Source of the DNA: Guillardia theta CCMP2712 | Taxonomy: Eukaryota; Protista; Cryptophyta | DNA length: 64,000 nucleotides | NCBI RefSeq assembly: GCF_000315625.1 | Contig: NW_005434663.1 | Location: forward strand, 401,882 to 465,881 | Direction: 5' to 3' | Shown here: positions 36,252 through 48,313 of the stretch, piece by piece | Layout of the letters: each line of letters starts with the position of its first letter | Numbering within the stretch: position 1 is the first letter of the stretch | Made by a program: the position numbers and the translations under genes | Notes under the pieces: model-generated | Database searches by the model: none | What the model saw: the letters and a program-made list of their open reading frames with translations, nothing else | Told to the model about the DNA's origin: nothing

Positions 36252-38961
36252 CGCTTCTCTCTTGCGCCTTTGCGATTATACAAGTTATTGAATTCACTGA
36301 CTTACACAACTTCTCTTCTCCCCTCTGCTTCCAGCACATACAAACTTTGCTCCGGCGGACTTCCTTGCTCGCCTCCGCCCTTCAAACATGTGTTGGACGA
36401 TTTCTCTTCCTCTCCCTGCGAACCCTGCTCTTCCTCCTCCCTCCCTGCTTCCTCTCTCCCTACCTCTCTCTTCTCCTCCACATTCTCCTCCGAGCCGGTC
36501 GACTTCTTCCCGACCCTTGTCTGCTCTCTCCTTATTCTCATCTTCTCTGCCTTCAGCATGCTGTTGAGCGTAGCAAGCAACTTCCTTTCCTCCCGGCTCT
36601 TTGGCTCTTCCACTTTTTCTGAATCATCATATGAGGTCACAATCTTCTTTTGTTTCTTGCTCTTCTTCGCACTCCCTTCTTGCTCTGTCTCCTCGCCTGC
36701 TTCCCTGCTACTTGCTGCATGCCTGTTGCTCCCCTGTCCACATGATCATCGTCACCACCACCATCACCACCACCACCATGTCCTCCTCATCCTCCTCCTC
36801 CTCCATCATCATCATCATCATCGCCGTCGTCGTCGTCATTATCATCATCATCATCATCATCACCACCACCACCACCACCACCACCACCACCAGCAACGGC
36901 ATGTCTCACCTTCAACTGCCGGTGGACAACACGTGCGAGATCAACGAGCATGCAGGTGCCGTCGCTGAGGAACTTAACGAGGAACTTCTTCTCTTTCTTG
37001 TACTCCAACAGCTCAACCGGCAGGAGGCCATCGTCCTCGCAGAGGATTTTGATGACCTGAGAAGGGGTCAGGGGAGACATCGAGCGCAGGTTTCGACCTT
37101 TCCCACGTCTTGAGAGTTGTAGCAGAGGACCTTGTTCTTCCTCCCCCCCTCCGCCTTCTTCGGCGTCACCGCACTTGCCCCCAAGTTTGTCCTTTCCTCT
37201 TCCTCAATCGTTTCCTTGCTATCACCCTTCTGCACCTCCTTGTCTGTTGTGCCGGTTCCTTCCTGCTCCTTCACCTTGCTCTGCTCTACCGACGTCTCCA
37301 TCTTCTTCCGTATACGCGCCTCCTTCTTCACCCTCAGCTCCTCTGCTTGCATGATCATGTTCCAAGTCGCCATCATCTTCCTCTCCTCCCTCGACACTCG
37401 TTGAGTGATCTCTCCCGCGTCCAGCGGCTCAGCTTGGCAGGTCTCTCTACAAACTCTCGACCTCTTGCGCTTTCCTTGCTCCTCCCCCGCCCCTGAGCTC
37501 CTCCTCCCCTCCTCCACCGCAGGACTTGGCACCATGTCGCACTCCTCCTGGACCTCCACCTCCGAACAGTTTCCGGCATGGCGCGACAACTTCATAGCGA
37601 TCACGAGCTGCTGCCGCTGCGTCAGCCGGTCCGGGTTAGCGAGTGCCGAGCTGATCTCAGCAACGTCGAGGATGCGATTGGACTCCCACCGGCTCTCCCA
37701 GAGAGCCTCGAAGTGCTCGATGTGAATCCCTTGCTCTGAGTGAGAAACGCTCGCATGCGAGGACAGGGCTCGTTACCTGCTTCGAACTTCCTGGCAAACA
37801 GCGAGTCGTGCGCGAAGGCGAGACTGAGCAGATCTTTCTGCAGGGACGTGAAGGAGAGTGGGTGCGCTGCCCTCCCCAGCGAGCAGCAGCAGTGGGCGAT
37901 GTCAAGGCAGCAGTGAGCAAAAGTGCTCTTTCTGTTGATGAACTTGTACGACGTCCCCTGCGTCCTGAACGCGAGGCCATCATTCTGGTCGCTCCTCTTC
38001 CCCCCTACCTGTGGAAGTGGCGGAGGAACGTGAGGATGAAAAGTTCGTCCGGCGCCAGCAGGTAACTGCGCTTGACAAGGTTGGGCCTCAAAAACCTCCG
38101 GTATCTGTGGAGACAATCGAGCCAAGTGAGTCAACAAGAGACAACAAGTCAACAAAGGTTGTGCCAAGACATGGAAGACAGGGCAATGGGAAACTCACGC
38201 CTCAAACCATGTCTCGATGTTTCCTCCTTGGACGAGAATCTCCGCGTCCTTCCTGTTGAGGATACACCACTGAGAGTGAGCCGTGATCTCTTCATGTAGC
38301 AGAAGGTCCTTGATCAGCTCTTCATCCTGCATCCCGTCACCATTGGCAACTTCGAGGCGACAGGGTACAGGGGAAAGGTCGTCATGGACCAACAGGTCTG
38401 ATGTTATCAGCTGGATGTTCTTCCTCTGCTCTTTCTGAGCTTTCACTGCTCTGGCATCAAACACCAACACGCGCAAGACTGGAAACGTCACCACTGTGAA
38501 GGTCGAAGCAGCTATGATGATGCCCTTTCCTCAGAGTCTTGAGGAGAACCTCGAAGCTCACAAGAGGGAGGCAGCTGTCGCTGAGGAGGATAAACCATCT
38601 TGCAGCCCCGGCGTCAGAAATGAAAGCAGGGTCTGCTTGACCCATGTCCTCACCTATTCCTCTCCTTCTTGAGAGCTTTATTTAGCAGCAGCAAGTGTGC
38701 TTGAACTAGGGACACAGTGCCCCACTTGGTCTTGATCCCTTGAATGAGATTGTTCTTGAACAGCGGATGCTTCACCTCATCCTCGAACTGAAGAGATGTC
38801 TCATGATGCGCAAGCGGCAGACCAAGCAGTACCTTAGCGTGTACGTGGATGTCGAAAACTTCCTTGCGGGCCTTATGGAACCATGCTTCCCAAGCCAGCG
38901 GATTTTTGACTTCGCCCAGCGTCAAGAAGAGAAATGCGATGCTATCAAGTTCAGATGACAT
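36192..38961 (-). CDS. Core-2/I-branching (GT14/DUF266-like) glycosyltransferase domain with long charged C-terminal extension
   Basis: IAFLFLT..W..WF...IHVH, TKWGTVSLVQA..LL..AL, WFILLSDSCLPL, HSQWCILNRKDAE, APDELFILT, LFARKF across exons. C-terminal exons continue to 36302 or 36192. Confidence 0.85.
36745..36895. repeat. Compound trinucleotide microsatellite (CAC/CCT/CAT/CGT) inside an intron
   Basis: Seen directly; generates poly-H, poly-D, poly-V and poly-T pseudo-ORFs. Confidence 0.9.
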
Positions 38962-39229
38962 CGTTGGTTATGGCTCAGAGCAAAAGCAACGATCTCTTTT
39001 ACAAGAAAGCAGATCACTGCATGGCGGCACTGCACTGTCCAGGAAAAATTTCGTACATGAGACGAGCACAGAGAGGCCGTTCAAGTCAAGAATCCCCCAT
39101 GAGCTTCAGAGAACATCTCCTCCTCGTTCTAGAATGTGATTGCAAGTACTCCAGTGCCCTCATCTCCTTTCCCTCCCGTCCTTGTCGCCTCCTTCTGTTC
39201 CGTAATCGCCATCGGGAGAACGGATCGCT

Positions 39230-39440
39230 CGTGGTAGGTACCGATGCCTGGTCGGGTATGGTAGGTAGGGGTGGTGAAATTTGTACCAGGTGGGTACTCG
39301 CGTTGTACAAAGAAGGGCCCGATCCCCTCCTTGCCCTCAACAAAGACTAGGGGTGGGTACTTGAAATTACAAACACCACGGGTGGATATCAAAGTTGTTG
39401 AAAATATGGGTAGGGTGATACAGATAAATGGGGTGTAGCG
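39230..39440 (-). promoter_or_regulatory. GGGTA (TACCC on minus strand) cluster upstream of the GT14-like gene
   Basis: Multiple GGTA, GGGTA and GGGGTG copies about 270-480 bp 5' of the ATG at 38961. Confidence 0.45.
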
Positions 39441-39752
39441 AGCGCATTTCAAGGATACAAGGGAAGATGTAGTTGGGTCAAGGAGAGGAGCGGAGAGGAA
39501 GAACTTGAAGAATAGAGACATGGTAGTCACGAGAGATGATGAGGTAACCCCGTGGACACAAGGATGGTGCGAGAGGAGAAGGATGATGATGAAAGCGAGG
39601 AGTAGCAGGGACTCAAGACATTGAAGTAAAGTGGGCAAACTATGTCCAACGACTAAGCCTGATGCTCAGGGCTAGTAAAAGATGTCATGTCTTTACAGAA
39701 TGTAGAATTCCACAGCATGATACGTAGAATCATATCAGCATCCAATCAACTT

Positions 39753-40735
39753 TCAATTTTTCTTAGCGTAAGTGATTCTGAGTGTGTTCGTCGGTGTAAG
39801 CTTGAAACCCTGAAATGTAGCCTTCAATGATGATGACAAACAAACGGGGTTGCACCGACCTGAAGGGTGTCACGGGCAGTTGCAGCTTGTGCGTCTGACT
39901 CAAACTCGACGAAGGCAATGCCCGTCTTTCCAGGGACCATGCGCACCTGAAAGTTCTGGTCAACCACTGCACTCTCAAGATTTGGACAATGACAAGACAG
40001 ACCTCTGCGAGGCCAGGGAACTGCTTGAAGAGAGTTTGAAGCATTTCCACGTTGATTTCATCAGGGAGCCTCTCCAAGAACCTGTGGGGGATAGTCACAC
40101 GAACTCTCGCTCCTGAATTCGCGCGTGACGAATCTCACAGAATCTTGTTGATGGGTTGATTGGTCTCCTCCTGCATGTCTTGATCTCCTTCCGGCTGTGC
40201 CTCCGCCTGGCTCTCCACCATCTGCTTCTTATTCGGTTGCTTGTATGCGGGCACGTGCGATTCAGTCTTCCTCTTTTGTTTGGGAACGAAGGTGCCATCT
40301 TCCTTGGCAATCACATCCGACTTCGTCCTGCAGAACGCTGTTCTCATTGGCTTCCCATAAAATTCGAATCCTTGTAACTTCTGAAGTGCAACTGAAGCCG
40401 CTGAAAGCAGAAAATTGTTGTCAGTCGTGTTCGAACCAACAAAACCTGCAAGATACCGGTGAGCTGTTGGAACACAACGAAAGCTTGTCCACGCATTTTG
40501 CCCGTTTTCAATGCTACGACGTCAAGAACGCCTCCAAATTGAGAACACAAAACATAAAGCTCACTGCAGTATTGGTCAACTTTCTTTGATATTAGCACAA
40601 AAAGCTTAAAAACCTTCGCAAAACTTGTTTGCTAATCTTGTCATTGAGGTTATTGATATAAAGCGTTTGGTTTGGCAACGTGATCCCTGGACGAGCAGTT
40701 GGTGCTGGTGCTGGGGCACCCACACGGGCAGCCAT
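39753..40735 (-). CDS. SNRPB2: U2 snRNP B''/U1A/SNF family two-RRM spliceosomal protein
   Basis: PNQTLYINNLNDKI, SQFG.VLDVVALKTGKMRGQAFVVF (U2B''-type loop), FYGKPMR..F..TKSD, second RRM ILF..LP..LFKQFPG..EVRMVPG..IAFVEF...ITYAKK. Confidence 0.9.
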
Positions 40736-41309
40736 TGCAAACACTTCGAAGTACAGTAAGCGAAAGCAAGGAACAGCAAACCGCTTACCACAATTAGATG
40801 TGTTTGTACTCAAGAATTTCTCAAATCAGAACAGAGACGGCAATGACCTGGATAAATGAATGCAAGTCAATCCATTCGAATCCTATCTCCTTAGATTCAA
40901 AAAATGATTATTCTGCATCGATACAAGGCATGCTCAAGTCTGTGTTTGTGTTTCCTGAATCCTGGCTGTAATTCGATCCGCAATGAAAGACCTTTACATG
41001 ATATAATGCAATGCAAGATGCAACGTCTAACTCATCGACCCACTAATTCCCGTCTTGATTTCGAAGTAAATGCAAAAATGATATCCCTGCATGGCAGAGC
41101 GGATCTTAGTATCTGATTTTCGTATCGTAACTACGAAGCTTCACAACAGATCACCACTACAACTAACGAGCTATATAATCCTTTGGCCACTTGCAATCTT
41201 GCATTCATACGTCCTTCCTATCATGCCCTAGCTCCTCCAACAGCCCTTCGCTTCCTTCTTTCCAGGCATTCTCGCGGCGCCGGCGAGCGAGATTTTTTTC
41301 CTCGGTTCT

Positions 41310-41790
41310 AACTTGAACTTAAAGCTTTATAGTCAAACTTGGCCTTATTTATTGACTATATCACTTGTTTGGTTTAATACGGGGCAGGGGCCCGGCCCGG
41401 CTCAGGGCCCGGCGCCGGGCCGCACACGACCGTATCGGACGGTTCAACGGCCGCACTGGCCACTGACAGTCACGGCGGCCGCTGCAGCGGGGCCGCCGCT
41501 CGTCGGACGGTCGGCTGAGGGCCAGTGGCAGTCCGGGGGGCACCTGTCCGAGCGGTGGTTGCCCGGCCGGTTGCCACTCAGGGCGGGCCCTGCGGCCGCG
41601 ATGATGCAGACACGGCGGGCCGCCGCCCTGGTGGTGCAGACTATGATATGAGAATCCGGCGGCGGCTCATGAGGGGCCCGGCCCGGCGTGCGGCCCTGAG
41701 GCTTCAACTGCTATCATTGTAACGGGCAAGTTGAGTTATCTTTATGCAGTAGTGAAATGTTTTAAATGTTTTAAAAACTCGTACTGATTC
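41310..41790. promoter_or_regulatory. GC-rich CCGG/GGCC island with flanking motif fragments, between divergent genes
   Basis: Island 41380-41700; ACTCGTACTGATT (reverse complement of AATCAGTACGAGT) at ~41777; AACTTGAACTT at 41309. Confidence 0.5.
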
Positions 41791-41913
41791 TATAAGTGTA
41801 GCGGAACTTTAATACCAAATCACAAGTATTATAAAACATTTTGATAGTACAGTTTTATAATAGTGACTGGAATGTGAGGACGACACCAGGGTAGAGATTA
41901 GGGCCAGACTGGC

Positions 41914-43395
41914 ATGGCGGGGGAGGTAAGCTCTGCTCATCCCGAAGAGGAGGAGAGGAGGAAGGAGGAGGACGGCGATCAGCCCATCACAGCTGGACAA
42001 GCAGCACACCTTGCAAAGAGCACTGTGCATCTTGGAGTGAACGAGCACGTGAACAGAGAAGTGAAGGGCAACCCAAGTGCTGATAGCAGCAAGGATGACG
42101 AGTACACACCCGACAACTTTCTTCATAATGGCGACAGGAGGAAGAACAATGACGATGAACTTGTACATTACGATTACAAGACAAGCTCACCCTTGGAGTC
42201 CCTAGACAAAGTGCCTCGCGACACTCTGCAACCCTCCCCAAGTTCACGCAGGTACAACATTGAAAAGCATGATTCTACAGAGCACATGGATGCCGCATCG
42301 TGGACAGGTAAACACTGCTGATCGCTTCTTCATCATATGCAGCTGTTTTTGTATCGCTAAGATTCTTGCGACAGGCCCACTGGCCAGTTCGAGGTCGTTT
42401 AACTCCTGTCAGTCCCGAAACTTGTACAGCTCGGCGACTTCAGAGGAGGTAAGCATCTTCTCTGACCACCATCTCCTGCTGAGCAACGATGTCAGGGTCG
42501 AGAGCTATTGAATGCAAAACTACTAAGGAAGAAGGCCGACGAAGAGCTCATGGCAAGGAAGAATCGTGTAAATCGGTTGAGATTTGAAGAGGAAAGGACG
42601 TACAAGACCATTTTTGTTGCAAAGGCTAAAGTGCAAGACGTCGTCCGCCTGAAAGCGCACAATCAGCTGCGGGTATACTTGTTTGAACGGCTGTCTGTGA
42701 TTGGGTCTTATGCTTGAACTCCTCCAGAATCAGGAGAAAGAGCATGCAAGAAAAAGCAAAGCAGAAAGGCTAAGGGAGGAGACCCAGCAGAATTCGTTGG
42801 AGAGAGCAAGACGAATAGCCAACATTAGAGTATTTTATTATGCTACTTGTGTCACTCTGTGATGTTGTTGGAACAGGCTAAACAGATGGAATTAGTCCGT
42901 ACGAAGCAAGACATTGTAAAGAATTCTCATAAGGAACGAGAGATTTACGCGCAGGCATGTCTTTCCCTCTCTTCGATGTGGATTTGATGATTTCATAACT
43001 CCAGGCTACTGCCCAACATCGGAGAGCAGCCGAAGAGAGAGCAAGCAGGATGAAGAAGGAGATTTACATACGTGAAAGGGAAGCACTACACCGAAAATAC
43101 AAGGATCGACATCTGTCGCAAATGCGAACATTGCAGCTGTATGAATCGAAGCTACAAGCGGAGCGACGGAAACATCTTGAGAGACAAGAGGTCATTGAGT
43201 TAGCCAAGCGATCTCCAATCACTGACATAGCACTGTAGGAAATCCAACGACTAGAATATGAAGAAGCAAGGTTGCTGGAGAGACTCAAGCAGGCACAGGT
43301 TTCAGTGTGTCTTTTTTGAATTTCAAAGTTGATTTTACATTCAGGATGAGAAAAAGAAGTCGTTTTCCGAACTTGCAAATGCTATTCGCATATAA
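41914..43395 (+). CDS. Hypothetical coiled-coil protein (multi-exon)
   Basis: Charged helical exons RKKADEELMARKNRVNRLRFEEER... and IQRLEYEEARLLERLKQAQ^DEKKKSFSELANAI, with clear short introns. Confidence 0.65.
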
Positions 43396-43449
43396 AGCTG
43401 AAGAGAATGCTGTGACAGTTGTCCTTGTGAGGTCATGATCTCGATGTTC

Positions 43450-45654
43450 TTGGTCGATAGTTGGCATATACCTTCGCCCCGCCGGTCAAAGCCCTGTGTG
43501 TTGTCAAGATGAGCAATACATTGCAGACCAGACGAAAATTCTCGAGGACCTTTGAGCGCCTTCTCCGTCCTCACTTACTGCACCATGTGGTGACTAAAAA
43601 CTTGATGATAGTATGACACCTCACTCTTGACACGCTGGCGCGGGATGACCCGCAGCAATTCCCTGGAGCTTTGTGTTCTTTGCCAGCCTGTTCATCTCAG
43701 TGTTCACCCTCTGTCTGGTTCAGGATTTGAAACACCTGCAGACCCAATCGAAAGAAGTGGGACACGACTGTCCCGTTCTGATGCTGCAAGGTTGTTCTGT
43801 TTGCATCGACATGATACCTATCAGCAATGGGAACATATATGCTGCCCCTCCTGACTCTCAATCTCTGATTTCAGACTCATACCGAATTGGTTTTCATAAC
43901 TTGTCTTGCCAAAGCCTCCACTTGTTCACTATACTTTGCAGCAAATATCTAACAGTTGCTTTAGAGAACCAATCAGCTTCCATGATGCCTTACTTGAAAA
44001 TGTCGTTTATCAACCTTCAAATCTAGAGTCGTAAGTATGTGTCTACGCAGCATCATCGTTACGCACAGGCAGGTCACCTTCACTCAGACCTGTAAGCTGC
44101 TTCATCTGAGAGCGCATGTATGATCTTTATAGTGTTGGCTCGTTTTCCTGGATCATTTAATGACTCCTGGAAAAGCTTCTCAAAATCAGCAAACACGATT
44201 GGAATTTCTCACTATTAGCAAGTCGTCGATGTGATGCTTGACAGCGTGCCCTATTCTATCTTCGACGCTTTGATGAAAAACTTCCCATTGATTGATTATC
44301 TCTTCGACTGGGCTAACTTGGTTGAGGGATTCTATGACAAAATGAAGACATTTTCCAAGATCAGAACTCTTGAAGTCTTTCAAGTAAAATTTTTGATCAG
44401 ATGACTGCGAAGCATGTGATGGCAGATCATGCACATCTATTTCAAAGTCATTGTTGCAGACAGGCAACACGGATGTAGCTTCACTTTCGCTTGACATTCT
44501 TGTCCTTTCGATAAAATCTCCAATTTCATCACATCCTTTGCACCAAAGCAAGAGTTTCTCCTCAATGACTGTGATACTGTAAAACAAAAGGAGAAAGGAA
44601 CAGGGTGCCTTTGACCATGATTGTCCTTCGTAAGATTTTCGATGCTCTGGGATATGTTTTTCAACCTCGTACTACATAACATTGATGTCATGAAGTTCTC
44701 ACTAGAAAGGCACGCATATTCACCTCTCGATTGCTTCGTTATGCATTTGCACTTGAATAGAAGGAGAAGATTGATGGCCTTTAAGCAGCTTCAGCAAATT
44801 TCTTGATTCAAAGCGCCCAAAATACCGATCTCAAGAACATTGTTGAGATTGTTAACATGCTCCTGGAGCATGCTCAACGTTGGCATTGTTTCTTTCTCGA
44901 AGAAGATGTAATCGTTCTGCAGGTTGTTGAGCTTAAGGTTTTGTGTTGTGATATCTTTCTGAGCTTGTCGAACTGATTCTACACGTCAAAACAATCGAAG
45001 TGATTAGCAACAGAACCTGTTTCGTCGAACTGTAAAATCTTCACATTCAACTTTTTCAGATTCTCACTCTCTTCACAGAGTTTTGCATCGATAGACTCTA
45101 TTCTGTTGTGATCATGTTCAAACGTTCATGACGCATCAACATCATGGTTTCATCATCACCTTTTAGTCAATTGCGAGTACCATGACGAGATCTCATGCAG
45201 TCGTTGTGAGTATTGCTTGAAGTTGTCCTCGATCAACCGCGATGCTCCTTGCTCTTCTTTCTGCAGCGGGTTCACTTGAACCCCTGACTCCAACTCATCC
45301 ACCTACCGTGAGCGACTTGTGTTGACTTGCTCTTGATGAAGTCCCTTCGTCTGCTGTCGCTGCATTGAGAATAGCGGCATCAAGGATCTGTCATGAAGCT
45401 GTCAACGAGCTTCGCAGTCGTTGAAGCAGCATCGAGTACTTTGAAGTGACTGCCAAGAGCTTCAACTAGAGTCTCCAACACCTCTTTGACCATGCACAAA
45501 GACTTTTCCACCTGATCAAAAGAGGAATGATTGGTTCTGCTTGAGTAGAAGACGGAAGGCTTACATTGCTTCTTTCCGAATCATCCGAGGGAATGCTGTT
45601 GAGCAAATGTATCCGTAACGGAGCAAGATCGGGAGCAAGGAAAGCTTCTTTCAT
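43450..45654 (-). CDS. Hypothetical multi-exon protein, partly coiled-coil
   Basis: Coding-like minus-strand segments (44186-44587, 45466-45654 and others) separated by short introns; boundaries uncertain. Confidence 0.4.
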
Positions 45655-45834
45655 GTTGATGTAAATCCAAAGTAGATCTGATTGCAGATGTGGATGCAGG
45701 TTTCAGATAGGTGGTGATGTGAATGACGATGCAGGTGCTTGTAGCGGCTGATGCTGATTCTCACGACAGCTCTCCTTGCTTTCTGCTCCTTCAAACCTAC
45801 TGGTAGGGACTCTTTTGGTCTGTTCCGACCCAAC

Positions 45835-46020
45835 TTGGTGCCGCGCCCGCACCGCGGCTCTTTACTCAAAAGCCGGCCAGCTCCGGGAGTCCGGGGGCCC
45901 GACTCAGTGAGAGTACGGTCCGAGTGGCGGCCCGGCCCGGCCGGCCGAATGATCAGTTGTGTTTTCAAATCAACAGCAGTTTAAACTTGAGAGTCAAGGC
46001 TTTACTCAAAGTTAAGCACT
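45835..46020. promoter_or_regulatory. Small GC-rich island flanked by TTTACTCAAA(G) motif copies
   Basis: TTTACTCAAAAG at 45861; TTTACTCAAAGTTAAG at 46001. Confidence 0.5.
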
Positions 46021-46370
46021 GGCACTGTCCGATTATCATGCTCCAAGAATCGGTGATTGAATCATCCACACGCCGCCCGAGCATTTTGTCACTCAGACAG
46101 CCACAACCATGGCAGTTCAGCCACAACAATCATGAAATAGAAGAATAGACTTGCCCAGGATGACTTGTGAACAAGACTGTATAATAAGAGATGCTTCGGG
46201 ACAAAAGCTCAAACTGCACTTGAAGCGATCAGGTGACAGCGGCTTGTGGCAGTCTCCAGTCTGAAGTTCCGAAGTTCCGACCACCATACAATTGAGCAAC
46301 AGTTTGAAACATCTTCTCACATGCTTCACACTTGAATCATCTTGAGAATACCCTAAGGATCACCCATGGA

Positions 46371-47431
46371 TTATGATTGGCTGTGCCAGGTGCACTCCCA
46401 AGGGCTTGTCGGCTGAAGTATACAGTTTTCTTGTTGACAATTTGATTCCAATGCATCCTCCAGCGATTGAAATGAGCTTTCGATTCCAATATCATCCAGG
46501 TTCGATTCATTCCTGAGAAATTCTTCTCCTGACGCGAAGAAAATGCCATTCGTCACGTTTGAGTTTGCATCCCATAGCCTTGCAGCTCGTGAGTCGGTGC
46601 CGCAACATTCAATCTCTGACGAATCTATCTGCGTCATGGAGGCAACTTCCATGCTGACAGTATTGCAAGAATGCACGTCCATCTGTTCTGTCACGTAGGA
46701 TGCATCTACACACCTTGGAGACTCTGTGGGGAACATTTCTTTCTTTTTGGTCTCAGGTGCTGACGCAGGTGCTGACTCGACAGTCTTCGTTTGATGCTGA
46801 AGGAGCGACCGAGCCTCTCTTAACTTCTGAGCTCTTGGAGAGCTCTTCCGACCTCTGACCTTACCCGCTTGGTTCACGAACCTCCGATCTCGGAAAGGCC
46901 ATCGCGGGATGCCAACTCTTCTGCAAGCTTTCTTGAGAGCTGTGACGCAGATTCCCAGTCTGGCTGCAGCTGTTTGTAATGGGAGGTCATAGTAGTTTTG
47001 GATCAACTCTCTCTGTAAAACAAGTTGTCAGATGTCATCATTTGCCACAAGCAGGGTCTTACAGTGATGTTTACTGGAGGGTTATCTCTCTGTATCTGTC
47101 CAGCTTTTCTCCGGGGGAAGACGACGTTTGCATTCAGTTTTCGATGTTTACGTGTCACGGCCCATTTTCCAAGGAGCTTGTTTGCATGAGTGAAAGAGGG
47201 AAGAGATATGACGTCTCCAACCTGGAGGCGTGGAGCTGCCGGAAGGATGGGGTAGTGAAATGGCTGGCATACACCGGGCGTCTGAGCAGGTGAAGATGCC
47301 GGCATGACGCCCAGGGGTTGTGTTGGTCGGTTGCGCTTCGCAGGATGATTTCTGTAAATCCAAGGTTCACGAAAGTCTCCAGGTGGGAGGAATCCAACGT
47401 CAGGAGCGTGAAGACTGACTGTATTCACCAT
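46371..47431 (-). CDS. RWP-RK domain transcription factor
   Basis: VFPRRKAGQ...IT^...IQNYYDLPLQTAAARLGICVTALKKACRRVGIPRWPFR. Confidence 0.9.
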
Positions 47432-47544
47432 GAGCGTTCTGCAAGGGATTCGCTTTCGATGAGAGCCAGGAATACAGTCGGTCAGCAAGGAGCGGGGAAA
47501 GGGGCGAGAGGCTTTTGGTTCTTTTTAGGGTTCAGCAGGTTGCA

Positions 47545-48250
47545 TAGGGTGGGGTGTAAGGGAAATTACACCGGTGCTTTTGCTATCAAGCATCACTGCA
47601 TTAGGTGGTAGTGTGGTGGACCAGTACCGGTCCTGCATGTACGTACACGGCGATGGTATGATAAAGCATCCGGGTAGTGAGTGGGGAACGATGGGGTGGG
47701 GGTACCGTCAGCAATATCCAGCAACAAAGGGGCATTACGACTGGATGTCCCGTGAAGAGACATGATTTCAATCGACTACGTCCCCCTTGGACCCTTCGTT
47801 GAGCTGTGGGGACGGTGAAAGTAAACTCCAAGAGGTCGGACCGGTGGAAGGAGCAGTCTACCGTACCCCTCCTTTCTCTGTATTTCACACCAGTGGTCAC
47901 CCAACTTGCGTTCCTCAGCCGCCAGGTTAAGACTGTACTCGCAGTCCGTGACAGCACCACTGGACTTCCCCCTGCGAGGTCAGACTTGAAACCCCCCGCT
48001 CGCGGTGACGTCCGATGGTACCACCGCCCCCCCCTGACCACACTTGAATTGAATTGGAGGATTCGGATGAAGCAAGCGAGAATACGAAGTTAACAGAGTT
48101 TTAACCGTTTTCCTTACTATCCGATTCCCGGGGCAGTCGGCACGTGAGGAGTCACCCGGGCTGTCGCCGCCAGTCCGATATGCCCCGGGCACCGGTCAAT
48201 CCGATCACCCGGGCCGGCGGGCTTTCCGTCCACGGTCGTGCCGGGCACGC
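47545..48250. promoter_or_regulatory. GGGTA/GGGGTG cluster upstream of the RWP-RK gene plus GC-rich island
   Basis: G-rich cluster 47548-47706; CCCGGG-rich island 48120-48250; between divergent genes. Confidence 0.45.
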
Positions 48251-48313
48251 TGGCTTTGGAGTGCGGCAGCTCATGTCTTGTTGATCCAGGCAGAATCTTT
48301 GCTGTGACCGCGA

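Noticed and set aside
36270-37113. Poly-His, poly-Ile/Thr and poly-Asp/Gly ORFs (also poly-L/PAP at 8336-8796 and poly-E/S at 53262-53823)
   Set aside because: Translations of intronic microsatellites.
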